Below, piece by piece: positions 23,749 through 36,822 of a stretch of DNA of 64,000 nucleotides. The notes under the pieces are model-generated. The model worked only from the letters and a program-made list of their open reading frames with translations, made no database searches and was not told where the DNA came from. Within the stretch, counting starts at the first letter, position 1. Each line of letters opens with the position of its first letter. Origin of the DNA: Ylistrum balloti (lineage: Eukaryota); the NCBI RefSeq assembly GCF_031769215.1, contig NW_026781982.1, positions 2,170,001 to 2,234,000 of the forward strand. The letters run 5' to 3'. A program made the translations under genes and the position numbers.

Positions 23749-25494
23749 TTAGAAATCATCGGCCAGGCGACGACGACGTGGCGTTCTTACGGAGTCAAAA
23801 TCATCGTCCTGTTTGATGCTGATATCCTCTACACGGTTACTATTCTTCTTCCTCTTCACGCAGTAGATCGTCACGGCGATGATGACGATAAGACACACAC
23901 CTCCTCCTCCTCCAGCTCCAGCTATCATCATCATGTTCATTCCCCCACCTTCGTCGCTCGTCACCGGCGCCTTTTTATCTGTTGGCTTTTTCAGGTCGCT
24001 TTCATCTTTAGTCTTGTCCATGTGTTTTGATGCGATGCTTGTTGGATTCGGGTTGTTTTGATTGGGGAGTTTAGATGTTACCATACCTCCACTAGCTTGC
24101 TGATGATTGCTATTGCTAATCATCGAATTAGCAGGTATAACTTTTGATGTAGTCTGCTCTGACGTTCTTGCCGTTTTTGTTTGTGAAGTCGGTGTTGATG
24201 TCGGCATTGCTTTTGTCGGCGTCGTAGTAGATGTGGTTGTTGTCGACGGTGTTGTAGTCGTCGTCGTTGTCGCCGTTGTCGTTGTTGTCGTCGTCGTTGT
24301 CGTTGTAGTTGTGGATGTTGTCGTTTTTAGGGTGACAACAATTTTCAGTTGATGACTTCGCTGGCCGACTGTATTACTGACACCAAGTGTCCAAGTACCT
24401 TCATCGGTCTTTGATACATTAAAGATATCCAAGGAACCAGTTCTGGAAACATAGTAGTTCGAAGTGTTTTCGTAGGTAAATGCCACATATTTCCCATCGT
24501 GTCTCGTCCATGTCACATCCGGGTAAGGATCTCCTGTCAGCTCACATGACATACGAAGGGATGAAGTTTCCATGACTACATAGGTTTCAGTAGTGCAGTT
24601 TGTTATTTCGGGAGGCACGCACTTAAACTCTAAATCTGGAACGCGCAAAATCGGAGCATATTTTAGTCGTTCTGGTCCTGTACAAAATAAAGCATCACTT
24701 GCATACTCGGGATCCAATGCCTTTTTAGGTGCATGTTTCAACCATCGTAATTCACAATTACATTGTAGCGGATTTCCTGACAATTTTAAAGTTGCAAGAT
24801 TTGCAAAAGAATTATTGTAACGTTTAGGCAGTCCCTTGAGAAGGTTTTCTGATATATCAAAGTGTTGTAGGCTGGGAAACATAGCCCCTAAATCAAACTC
24901 AATTTTCCAAATCTTGTTTCCATGGACATCCAAAATGCGAAGATTTTTCAAATTTGTTAACATAACTGGAACTAAGCGTTCCAAGTCCATGTCGGCAATA
25001 TAAAGTTCTTGCAGATTTGAAAGGCTATCGAAAGATTTTTCACTGAGTTCACAATGTGGATTCCCACTGATCTGGAGGGTAATTAAATTGGTTAGTCCCG
25101 CAAATGTTTTGTCAGTTATTCGGGGAATGTTGTTAAAGGACAAATCTAAATACCTCAACAAGCTACGTGAAGAAAATGTGTCGTCTGCGATTGTATCAAT
25201 TTCACAATGAGACATCGTTAATGTAACCAATCCAGGCATGGATTGAAAGTCGCTCTTATGTAATGCTGGGATCTTGTTGTGTGTCTGGAAGTTTCCCGAA
25301 ATGGAAAGAACTTGGACATCATCGGTCAGCGGTGACGGAAATTTTGAGAATCCTGCACTGCAGCTCACCACCTTGGAGTTGGGGCACGCGCATCCCCGTG
25401 GACATTGTCCAGATGATTGACCTCTCCCACTTGAAATGATCATTATAAGAATAAACAGCATTGTTGCCAGTTTAGTGTACGTGTTCATCTCCAT
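23749..25494 (-). CDS. Intronless LRR-Ig type I membrane protein, paralog of 13127-14710, 581 aa
   Basis: Signal peptide, LRR-NT (CPRGCAC...VSC), about 8 LRRs matching gene 1 repeat-for-repeat and LRR-CT (SGNPLQCNC). These are followed by an Ig (MSCELTGDPYPDVTW...GSL...DEGTW), a poly-Thr stalk, a TM (AGAGGGGGVCLIVIIAVTIYC) and a basic stop-transfer RKK. Confidence 0.94.
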   Translation of the reverse strand: MEMNTYTKLATMLFILIMIISSGRGQSSGQCPRGCACPNSKVVSCSAGFSKFPSPLTDDVQVLSISGNFQTHNKIPALHKSDFQSMPGLVTLTMSHCEIDTIADDTFSSRSLLRYLDLSFNNIPRITDKTFAGLTNLITLQISGNPHCELSEKSFDSLSNLQELYIADMDLERLVPVMLTNLKNLRILDVHGNKIWKIEFDLGAMFPSLQHFDISENLLKGLPKRYNNSFANLATLKLSGNPLQCNCELRWLKHAPKKALDPEYASDALFCTGPERLKYAPILRVPDLEFKCVPPEITNCTTETYVVMETSSLRMSCELTGDPYPDVTWTRHDGKYVAFTYENTSNYYVSRTGSLDIFNVSKTDEGTWTLGVSNTVGQRSHQLKIVVTLKTTTSTTTTTTTTTTTTTATTTTTTTPSTTTTSTTTPTKAMPTSTPTSQTKTARTSEQTTSKVIPANSMISNSNHQQASGGMVTSKLPNQNNPNPTSIASKHMDKTKDESDLKKPTDKKAPVTSDEGGGMNMMMIAGAGGGGGVCLIVIIAVTIYCVKRKKNSNRVEDISIKQDDDFDSVRTPRRRRLADDF

Positions 25495-28400
25495 TCCTAA
25501 AAATGGTGTTCCTTTTGATGTTTAAAATTTATGTTCTTATTCACGAAACGTACGGAAATCTTCAGCGGAGATCGCTTCTTTAACAGAACGATATTTCACT
25601 TGTGCGATTTGTGAGGTTATGACACTGCCACAAGCTTATACTTTCTTTTGTATATATTATCTAAACACGTTAAGCAATATCTAAATATACCAACATAAAC
25701 ATTTAATCAATGTCAGCGTACAACGGACTTTCAATCTAACTTTCACGGTAGCAATTAAGATTAATATGGAGCGGCCAGGAGATATGAAAAGAGCGCCATT
25801 TGAAGCTTACTCGGCTGTATAGACAGTAAACTAGAGGATAACCGCATGTCAAATTCCACTATTGTACCCAGACTGTCCGGCTTTAATTATTCGGCCGTTT
25901 ATATCTACAACTATTGAACATTATGTATTGAAGCAACAAAGGATTGTCAAATTTCCTTGGGAGTTTGATAAGCCAGAGAACAGGCACTTAGTCGCTATCT
26001 TTATCTATCCATCAGCAGTCGTGTAAAGGGCGACATGTGCCAAAGTTGGTGCAATACAGCAGGTCAGTAAAAATGATTAATTACAAAACCCCTGTGTTTA
26101 ATACTTGAAACTCTGAACAACTTTTAAATATTAATAATTAAAAAACTCACATAAAATACATTTTGAATATCATCAAATTCAAGTTAACATGAAAACTTCA
26201 CCATACTTCCCTGTTTTTGACACCAGACTCTCTACAGTATCCTGCGACCTTCACATTTTTATTTTGGTTTGGTATATAAATCATACCTTGTTAGTACAAT
26301 CGCGGAGAGATTTATGTGAAACACAGATCGTTCTTTCTCGTCAAGCTTTATATGAACAAAGCCATACATATATCACCTGTATTCTGAAAGAGTATAATGC
26401 GTAATTTATAAAACATGTTACGTTTCCTTTCCATGCGTTAACGTCGTACTTGGCAAGATTTTTTTCTATTTCTCTGTTAATATATACAGGTGCTACATCG
26501 AGACCGCTGTAATTTGTAACATTTTCTATTGCTGAGATTTATAACATTCAATAACAATATAGATTAAGTAGAGTTATAAACGGAAATACAGCAGCTGAAT
26601 TAGCTCTATACAAATAAAGCAATTACGAGAGTTATTTCCATCGTAAAACAAATCGTGTCAGTTGTACATTAAGTATCGGTAGATGTTACAATATTTTTGA
26701 ATGCAGAAACACACAATTTCTGAACTAATATTTTTTATACCCATAAAATAAAACAGAATAAAATATACATATAGAATAATAACAGGTTTATGAACTTTTA
26801 ATCTTGTCTATTTATAGGATTCCTAAATTGCACAAGTGTCTGTATAAATCTTTCAATGCCTTTGGAACTAGCCAATAACTGTTTCAGTCTTATATCATAA
26901 CTTCAAAAAGCTTTTTATCACCATTGAAAAACCTGACATGAAATCCATTCAAGCTAAAGAAACGCCTTCATTTTCTGGTTTTATGCGAGTATATTTGATG
27001 AAATCGAGATAGCTTGGCGGTAAGATGTTTAAACAGCTGACTGGCAAACCTATTGGAATATTTTCCCGTCTTCATATGACCCTGTTGTGTAAACTACGGT
27101 AAAACAAGAAACAGAGCCCCTGTCTCGGCTGATCTCTTATTTCATTCGAGCTCGAATTAAGCGAAGATTTTACCGAATATGGTAATAAAAACTTTACAAA
27201 GTATTTAATTATCTTTAACGATATATTCATGGGGCCTTGTTTTAAATAACAAAAACAAACATGGCCATCGGACATGTAAACAACATCTTAGACAGTTTTT
27301 TTCTACATCAGTCACTTAATGATAATAATAATAATAATAATATCTTTTATTTATCCAGGGTTGCAAATTTAGACAAGTCTAGTTTACAATATGGCCCTGC
27401 CGTCAAATATATACACACATCACAGAAAGATGTTACATTGGATGTTACCGGTACATAAAATACATAGATTATGAATATTAATTAATTATAAGATATAATG
27501 TAGAACAAACATTATTACAATACATAGTTGGCTAAGATATATTACGATGTCATCGAAATATTGTAACTGTAAGATACATCAAAACAGGCGTAAAATATAT
27601 TCAGATATCACAGATATCAATGATTGTTTCAAAGCTAAAATCTAAATTTTTGAGAAGAGCTCCTGTAGATATTTATGTTTGAAAACAGACACACTACAAG
27701 AATTTCTAATGTTTTCACTGATACCATTTAGTAAAACCGAGCAAGTATATACAAATGAGCGTTTAACATACTTTGTTCTAGATAAAGGAATATAAAAATT
27801 TGTTCGAAACGGAAGATCTTGTGTTTCTAGAGGTGACATCCCTAACATAGGTAAAAAGACTACACAAGACTCCTGGGGTATCTCCATGTAAAATTTTGAA
27901 GGCTAGAGTTGCTTTCCTAAAAGTGTGATATTCTTCAAAAGGTAGCCATTTTAACTGTTTAAAAAGAAATTTAGAAGGAGTGAGAACATCTTTCACATTC
28001 AATAAAATTCTCGCTGCCCTTTTCTGTAGTGTAGAAATCTTCTGGATATAAGATTTGTTACTAACCTTAAACCAAACTACCGAACAATAGATGAAGTGAG
28101 GGAAAACTATACTTTGATAAACTTTGGTAAGCACATCGTTTGACATAAATGGCCTTAGCCGTCTAAGTACACCTATCTTCCTTGAAATTTTCTTGGAAAT
28201 GTAATTAATGCGTTCTTTCCAAGACAGACAGTTATCCACATAAACACCAAGAAGTTTTGCGGATTGTACAGTTTCAATAGATAAGTTGTCTACAGACATT
28301 TTCAGCTCACGACATCTGGCTAATTTCTGAGCTGATCCAATCAACATACACTGAGTTTTGCTAAGATTAAGACTAAGTTTATTATCTCTCATCCACTGGA

Positions 28401-29194
28401 TTGTACATTGAAGATCCATTGTCATTTTCATTTCTAATGAATCAATTGATTTATCCCTTACACTCTGTGAGGTGTCATCAGCATGCATAGTTACTGAGGA
28501 ATGTTTCAAACATTTGGGATAATCATTTATATTTAAAATAAACAATAGAGGCCCAAGTATCGAGCCTTGAGGCACACCAATACTAATGGGTGAAAAATCA
28601 GACATCACACCGCTGTTACATACAGCTTGTGATCTATTTGATAGATATGATAAAAAGAACTTAAGTGAAAGAGGAGACACATCATATGCTTTGAGTTTGT
28701 GTAAAAGAACGGAGTGATTAACTGTGTCAAAGGCCTTACGCAGGTCGATAAAAACAGCACCTGTCAAAAATCCTTCATCTATATTTTGTAACCATTTGTC
28801 TACTACGCTCACCAGAGCTGTATCTGTGGAATGATGAGGACGAAAACGAAATTGACAGTCACTTAATAACTGATTCTTGGAGAGATAATCATAAAAAGTA
28901 TTATGTACATGTTTCTCCAATATCTTACTGAGAACACATAATACAGACACAGTTCTGTAATTATTGACTAGGGTAGGGTCACCAGCTTTAAAAATAGGTG
29001 TGACCTTGGCCTTCTTCCATTCAGAAGGGAAAACACCTTTAGATATAGACATATTATACAGAAATGTTAAAGGTGATACAATAGAATCACCTGCTAATTT
29101 CAATAACTTAACAGAAATGCCACCAATTCCTGTTGCTTTACCATCAGCCATTTGCTTGATTTCGGTAAGAACAAAATCTGGTGTTATACTTCGG

Positions 29195-29354
29195 ATAACA
29201 TAAGGATTACCAGAAACAAAACTGTCTATATTTGGAATAACATAAGGATTACCAGAAACAAAACTGTCTATATTTGGAATAACATAAGGATTACCAGAAA
29301 CAAAACTGTCTATATTTGGAATAACATAAGGATTACCAGAAACAAAACTGTCTA
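29195..29354 (-). repeat. 42-bp in-frame tandem expansion (4 x DSFVSGNPYVI) inside the LINE ORF
   Basis: Seen directly in the DNA and in ORF 27778-29436. Confidence 0.95.
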
Positions 29355-30033
29355 CTTTTGGTAAACTATCATCAAACGTTTTACCTATTTCTGAACCAAT
29401 GTTACAGAAAAAAAGTGTTAAAGGCGTTAGCAACATCTACCTTATCAGAAATAGTAGTACCATCCATACTTAAATTAACAGTGAAGGAGGATCTTTTACT
29501 AGGTAAAAATTCCTTGATCTTTTTCCACATTTCTTTGGAGTTTTTGGAACACTGCAGGATAGATTCATCTAAGAAATTCTGCTTAGCTTGCCTAATTTTA
29601 AGAAGTACCCTGTTTCTACAAGCTCTATACAGTGACCAATCAGATTCTAAATTAGAACTTTTTGCTTTATGTAAATAATTACGGTTATGCATTTCATTGA
29701 AAACATCATCATTACTCCATTGGGCTGAATTTGATTTAACCCGTTTTTCACAAATGGGTGCATGTTTGTCAATACCAATAAGGAAAAGATCTTTAAATGC
29801 AGCCCAAACATCATCTATATCATCAAATGCCCATCAATGGGAACTCCACGGAACACATTTTAAATCAACAACCAAGTTCTTCAAATTAATATCCTTAAAC
29901 TTGCGGAAATGTACAGTTTTATGACACTTAGGGGGACCACCCCTTAATTTACGAATGATATATACAAGGTGATGGTCACTACAGCCCAAAGGAATGACAC
30001 CCGACTCCACACGTCCAAGTGAGTCCGAGACAT

Positions 30034-31048
30034 TGATATTAGGAAGCTAACATTTTTTGGAAGATTGTGTAATTTAGGGAAAGAGAGTGTGTCTTGTACT
30101 GTATGTTTTACTCGCCTTTTTATGGCGGATGTAAGCACTAATATGCATTAAATTTGAATGATCGCGGATTCATGAATGATGTTGTTCGAGTTTTGAGAAA
30201 ATATGATCTGTATGAAATGGTAAAAGAATGTTTAGCACGCGGATCATTTCCTTCAAAAAGTAAATGGAAGAACAAAGTAAGGATGATGACCGCGAGTTCT
30301 ATAGATTTAAATTAATTCATAATAGCTCCCCACATATTGTGGAAGCTATCAATTAAGTTTTCTCAGAATAAGGAATCCATAGTTAGTATTATGAAACTTA
30401 TTGTGTCCATCAGAAATGTAAACACAGTTGAATTATGTCACAGATGTGGCCAAACGTATGAAGATGTGTATACTCATATAGTCTTACAGTGCAATTTTAC
30501 TGAAGAAATTCGAGATCAATTATGGTGTCAAATGATCAGTATCAGTGATCATGAGTTTAGCGTATATTTACATGATCACTCAGATTTTGACCTATTCCAT
30601 ATCTTGATTGGTGGAGAAGTAATGTTTGAATTGAATTTAAAAGAAATATCACAGTTTTACCTTAATTCAGTCCATTATGTTTCAAAAATGCTTAAAGCAT
30701 ATTATGGCTAAAATGTATATGATACAAATTACATCTAAAGAATTATCATTAAGTACAATATATATATATGAGTAATGTAATTATGATTCGTTTTATATGT
30801 TGCTTTGGTATTTTGTAACTATTTAATCATTATTATACTTATGTTATAATGATCACTGTGTTGCAAAAATGATGTACCTCAATGTTCCGATGTGATTTTG
30901 TAACGACTTAATTACTATAATTATCCTAATGTTATAATATCTTGGTAATAATTTTGATTTGCATGCCAATTCAACGTTCTCTTTCACTAAATTAATGTTG
31001 TTCTTTTTGTGAAATCTTCTTAAAGGAGGAAATAAAGAGAATAATAAT
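30034..31048 (+). mobile_element. 5'-truncated second LINE (3' ORF end with CCHC-type zinc knuckle, 3' UTR, AATAAA, short TAA tail) nested in the CR1-type element; clade uncertain
   Basis: Translation includes RKLTFFGRLC and CHRC...HIVLQC. It ends GGAAATAAAGAGAATAATAA. Removing 30034-31048 rejoins the host minus-strand frame as T-L-I-D-H-I-Y-V-S-D-S. Confidence 0.8.
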
Positions 31049-32059
31049 AGATGTGATCGATGAGAGTACTCGAGTCCTTTGTGGGTGTGGTGATCTGCTG
31101 ATGTAGGTTATGTAGTGCCATTAAGTCTTCTGGATGATTTGAGTTGATCTACATTAAAATCTCCCAACCCAAGTAAGTTATTGTTTATCAGGGATAGTGA
31201 CTCCATAACCGAGTCAAATCGGTCATACCAGTCGACGAGTTCACCCGGAGGCCTATACACAGTAACACACATTATTGGAGAGGAGTTTTTCGGCCTTAAA
31301 AGAACTGGTAAGAGTTCCAAACTAGTATCACAATTCAGCAGAGGAGAATATATCACGGACATAGGTAACGACTCCCCCTCCACGTCTGTTCCGACCTTTA
31401 CGAAAGACGTTGTATCCAGGAACAGAAAGTTCACCATCATCAATAGTTTCATCAAAATGGCTTTCACTTATGGTTAAAACGTCAAAGGTATGGTTCCTCA
31501 GTAAAATTCTAATGTGGTCCAGTTTGTTAAGAAGACCTCTGACATTCAGGTGAGCTATTCTTAGACCATGACGCAAATTCTGGACCAATTTGTCAGAAGA
31601 CTGGTAAAAATCATAAAAAGTAGAAATACTTTCCACACAGTCATTGCAAAGTCATTCTAAGCTGCCAGGTGGTGTTTGGCTAGTAGTATTCACACAAGCA
31701 GAGTGGACAACTACGGGACAGCCAATACAGGCAACAGTCTCGCTTGGCTGAACTTCTACTGATACCAGGAGGGCCTGGGTTCAGATTGACATCATTGGAC
31801 AAGAGTAGGTACCAATGCCCATGTGGGTTGTGTCAACAGTGGTTGGTAGATTGTTGTTTTAACCATTATAGTCAATCTCACCAAAGTGAGCACAGGTAAC
31901 CAAAAACTGTTTAAATAATTATACATAAGCCACAGGTAAAAAAATGTCCAAAAATATAAACATAAGCCAATACTGCTATATAAGGACTCGAGATGACATT
32001 ACAATTCATAACCTGATATTCATTCCACAAATTGAGACTTATTTCATACTTGGGACTGA

Positions 32060-32340
32060 ATTTCAGATTCATTTATATTGTACTAATATTACTCTTGTGT
32101 AATTTACTCTTGTAATAATTTGATTAACTTTATTGTAGATTTTATTTGCTTGTCTGTATTTTGTGTTTAATTTATTTAACTTTCTTTCAGATTTCTAGTG
32201 CTTATATTAATTTTGTGTTGATAATTATGTTTTAAATAATTTGATTGTATAATTTGCTTGTCTATATTTTGTGTTTAATTTATATAACTTTCTTTCAGAA
32301 TCTAGTGCATATATTAATTTTGTGATATGGTGATATTGTG
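32060..32340. repeat. AT-rich ~110-bp tandem duplication (2-3 copies)
   Basis: TATTTTGTGTTTAATTTAT(T/A)TAACTTTCTTTCAGA...CTAGTGC recurs at ~32158 and ~32266. Confidence 0.7.
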
Positions 32341-32398
32341 TATAATAACTGTGTAATTCATTGAACTCGACGTAATATCTATACATAGCATTTGAGAC

Positions 32399-32593
32399 AT
32401 GGCGTATCTTCAAGTTCAAGTCAAATTTGTTATGAACAAGCGTGGAGGTCAAAACTTGCTTCATAACGGTTTCCGGTATCGTGTAAAGATACACCATTAT
32501 CACATTAATCTCCAGGAGCACCAGCACACTAATGCTCCCCGACGACATTCTGTATCGGTGAACAGGACCATTACTCATTATCAAAGATCCTAG
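32399..32593 (+). pseudogene. FLYWCH-like fragment, probably a Mutator-type transposon remnant
   Basis: VKFVMNKRGGQNLLHNGFRYRV resembles the FLYWCH start (F..S.RG...L...GY.Y), and a later EHQH resembles the HxH end. The central WRC segment is absent. Confidence 0.4.
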
Positions 32594-35500
32594 CCACCAA
32601 GTCGTTGTCTTAGCGAACACTAACCTAGACGCTAATTTCTATGGAAGTAACAATATAACGACTTATAATTTGTCTTGGCGAAATGAATACTGCACTTGCA
32701 TACTTCATACCCATAAACATGGACCAGCTACGGGCTAGTCGTTGTACACGTACAGCGACCGAGATTATAGGATCCCTAGCGCAAAAATATACCGGTATTT
32801 GGTATCAACTGTTATAGATATAACCAGGTGTGATATATACGTCCCTGATATAACCATAGATATAGACAATTAAATATCTGATAAAATCTTCCTTGGTAAA
32901 CTGATGGACGACTAGACAGTTAAAACGTTGTGTGTGTGTTTTTTAATATAGTTTGACACAAGTACAGCTTACCTATGTCCCTATAGACTTCCCGCCAGCC
33001 GGACACAAAACACGTGGATGCCGGACTTTGTTTATACGAGAACATGCACGTGTCAACAGACTCGGCTCGTGTATTCAGTAATGTCAACTTGATACATATA
33101 TGTGAGCATGGTGGCTATATTTTTTACATCGTATCATCGACGTGGTAAAAAGATAGTTATCGGTTTTAGTATAATTCACAATATTTTCATATTTCTTGTC
33201 AATATTAAAGTGACCTTGCAACACGGACCAAAAAGTGAATATCTAATCACATTGCTTTGTACCAAAGTGTACGTCTAAGTTCACAATTGATAGATTCGGA
33301 TGACTTCGGATTTTATCGTGTGATCTGCACATTACACGTAATGTTTTTACTGTGACTTCCCCCCCCCTCCTCCCCGAGAGATGCTACGATACAACAAAGA
33401 AAAGTAGATGTTGGAGTTGATCATTGAAATATCGACTTCTAAATTTGACCATGTGCCAAAGTGATAATGCACGTGCCGACCAATACAAAACACCAATAAT
33501 GAGTTCGAGTGTTCGCCATTGTGTGAGGTAAAACCGAATAGTTTGGAGTATAGCAAACCTTCATTGTTTAATTTGTGTGATGTCAGTTTTTTTTTCTCCT
33601 GGAACCAAGCAAATTTCTTCGCTTGTGCCTTCAATTTTGAACAAATTCAACAGATTTGTGCACCAATATTCACAGGAAACAAAATAAAACAAACTATTTC
33701 AATATTTATATGATATTTATTCAATGACATAGAACATATGCACTAAATACTAATAACTACTGTATATCAATACAGAACATTTCGCTTCCCTCTTCAGTGA
33801 TTATGGCTCATTTGACAAACCACGACATTTTTCTCTTTATCACGTTCTATATCAACCAACTACTGATTTTGACTAGATTTGAAATTAACATTGCTTTTGT
33901 CTCATTAATCAATTTTACCTATCACGAAATGATAATCAAAATAGCACAAATCAGTGGAACAACAACATTTAAGGATACATAGTATGTATACCTACTACAG
34001 TCCTAAGGGGGGTAACTCTTACAATGATTACAGGTAACTTTCTAGCTTACCACATTGTACAACAGAGATTAAAAAAAAAACACTTCATTTTAGTTCTATT
34101 TAGATTCGCTTTTCAATGAGTAAATACTTCACCAAGTTATGACAGGTTTGTTGTCAAACATGTAATGGATGTTAAAATAGATCATGTCTACCTACCATAG
34201 CAAGATTGTTCATTGCTTTAATTCTTATTTCTTATACGTGTTGATGCCCGAGGAAGGCAGGTTATGAAAGTTCATGCTGAGGTTTGTTGTTTCTTCTGTT
34301 ATATAGTGGAATTAAAATGGAAACATCAATAATACAAATTTAACCTTGTTAACCATTTGTAGCATCAACAAAAATGTACCACTCTCGGAGAACCAGATCC
34401 AACTGCACAGGCCTTACATAAATATCAACACGTAAATATCACACCATTCTGCACCACATATAAATTGTATCTGATATCTTACTGCTATCTGATTCAGATG
34501 ATATTCCATGTTATGATTCATTAAAGAAAATCTTACCATCACTCTTTGACCACATTTCAATCACTATACTTACAATTTCACCTCACATTTCATCATTTTG
34601 ACGATTGCATGATAATTTCCTTAAAAGATCTTCAACTTTCTTCAATCTCAAGTGTGTGTTTTTGATTTATTAATTATCCAAAAAAAAAAAAAATAATCTT
34701 ACACAGCAGCAACAAAATGTACAGGAAACTGTTTTTAGAATGTTCATTGGTATTTTTTAAACTATCAATGTTTTCATACTGTAGTAGTACATAAGTTAGA
34801 GAAGGGAACCAATTGCTTTTTATCATTTATATAACAAAGATATTGTGATATTAAAGAATCTGTCTACCAGAGACAACCACCTTACCTTTTTTTCCATGCA
34901 CCATAATTACTATGTAACAAAACACAAATAATCACATATTTCATGATAAATATTTAACAAACAACTTTTGATCCCCATACAAACATTTCTTAATTCCCTC
35001 TCACACAACCAATCATGACAAAAACACTCTTTGTTCAAGGTACAACTGGAATGAAACATAGATTTCAGATATGAAAAGTTTTCAACCCACTTTAAGAGCA
35101 AATCATCACTTTTGTTTTCATTATTTTTAACATGTTATCAATATTCTATATTTACACACACTGTACAGTACTTCATTATATCAAATTACCGTTTAAATTT
35201 CATTTTATTCTACTTAATCAAAGAATTCAAATCAATTTTCAAGAATTGTGGAAAAGAATGGAATGTTGGGAAAACAAATTGCTGAAAATTTCAAAATGAT
35301 CATTAATACATTTATTGACAATAATAACTAATCCAATGTGTACCCTACAAACTTCACTTTGAATACATTTCTTGAAACTTCTTGTTTACTTGTTATGGCA
35401 AAAGTGAAGATATACTCCAATTAAAAAGAAGAATAACTTGCCCTTTTAGAAGCCAACAATTAATGTCTGTAGCATTGCTGTACTCTGTATCTTAATATTA

Positions 35501-36822
35501 CAAATATTTAAATAGATTCATTGTATGAATCAGATTTAAAGTAACTACTACTTACTCTATATACCCTGTACACATTACTAGCAATATAATGTAATGCAAT
35601 TTAAATCATTTCACAGATTATTTATCAGTAATTTTCAGTCATTCTTGGTTACATACTACAATGTACATACTGCTCAATCAAGCATGAAATAAAAATAAGC
35701 TCTACTTCCATGAAAATCAATATTTACAGACTGATGAAGTGAGAATATTTGATAACAAAAGGAAATCACAGTAGATATAAAACTAATCATTCACATGTTG
35801 ATACATGTTTGTATTGTTCGAGACATGATGTTTGAAGCATATTACAATGTAAGTTGTATATATTATATGGATAAATATTTATCTGAATATAAATCTACAA
35901 CTGATGATAAAAATGTGTACCCAAGGATTTCTTAAGTTTTGACATGGATTATGAATACTGCACTGTTGAACCTTATTACCCCAAATATATCAGTATGTTC
36001 AAAAATCACTCCAAGGCTACTTTCATTGCCAACCTTGTGTAAAATTACGGTATCTTCCATTGCAAAAAGCTGGAAACACAAATCACAAAGTATGTACAGG
36101 TACATGTTTTTTGTGTGTCCAGCACTTGTGCCTCCATCTTTGTTTGTTTCCAAAGTATTATTTCCCTCACAAAAACCAGCCGATGACAACAACAACATTT
36201 ACATAAAATTTCATATTTTACCAATATTTGTCCTCTAATGGTATTCTTACGTTAATAAGCCCATGCCTGGTAATACCTTGGCAATCTATTTCTATTAACG
36301 TTTAGTAGAATTACAAACACTTCTGAATTAGCCTGCAATAAGTTCAGCTCCAGACATTGAGCCAGAAATTGTATGTAAGCGATGAGCTTACAGCATGTTC
36401 AGTGAGCAGATTTTTTCTTTATTTTCAGACAAATCAATCTTTACTGTAGACAACTGATGTTTGATATATTTGGAAACATCAACAACTTACTATTAAAATG
36501 AACAAATTAACCAAAGAGAACATGGAAATGCATAAAAATGTATTAATGTTTTTGGCCCAAAAGATCTTTGTCTACAAACAAATGGTTTTTAATGAAGCTT
36601 GAATTATGATCATTCAAGAAGGATTGTTGGAGACATCAGTAGAATAGAATAAATCTACCACATTTACACTTTCTTTATTTGAATCTATTCCTCATCTTTT
36701 CCTCTCCAGACGTATCTTCAGAAGGAGCTGAGCTAGCAGCAGCAATATTTCCAAATATGTCCAGTAGGTAGTGTTCCCTAGGTCGTACATAATATAATTG
36801 TATTAATGGTCTGAGACAGCAG

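Larger units (their letters stand above)
27321..31880 (-). mobile_element. Decayed CR1/L2-type non-LTR retrotransposon (2A-like peptide - PHD - APE endonuclease - RT), interrupted by a nested insertion
   Basis: APE motifs: LRIAHLNVRGL, TISESH, GGGV, VYRPP, GDFNVD, TLIDHIY, SDHHLVY. RT motifs: KAKVTPIFK, NYRTVS, FIDLRKAFDTV, GVPQGSILGPLLF, HADDT, KLLGV. The 3' end has AATAAA plus a (TTA)n tail at ~27321-27350. Stops and frameshifts are present; the 5' boundary is approximate. Confidence 0.92.

Noticed and set aside
26980-27070. LGGKMFKQLTGKPIG, similar to the PLE RT motif FGGKVFQQ..GIPMG
   Set aside because: Single short match without supporting neighbouring motifs.
33347-36238. Short ORFs downstream of ATP6V0B
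   Set aside because: No recognisable homology; likely 3' UTR or intergenic sequence (a minus-strand AATAAA near 33716 could be a distal poly(A) signal).
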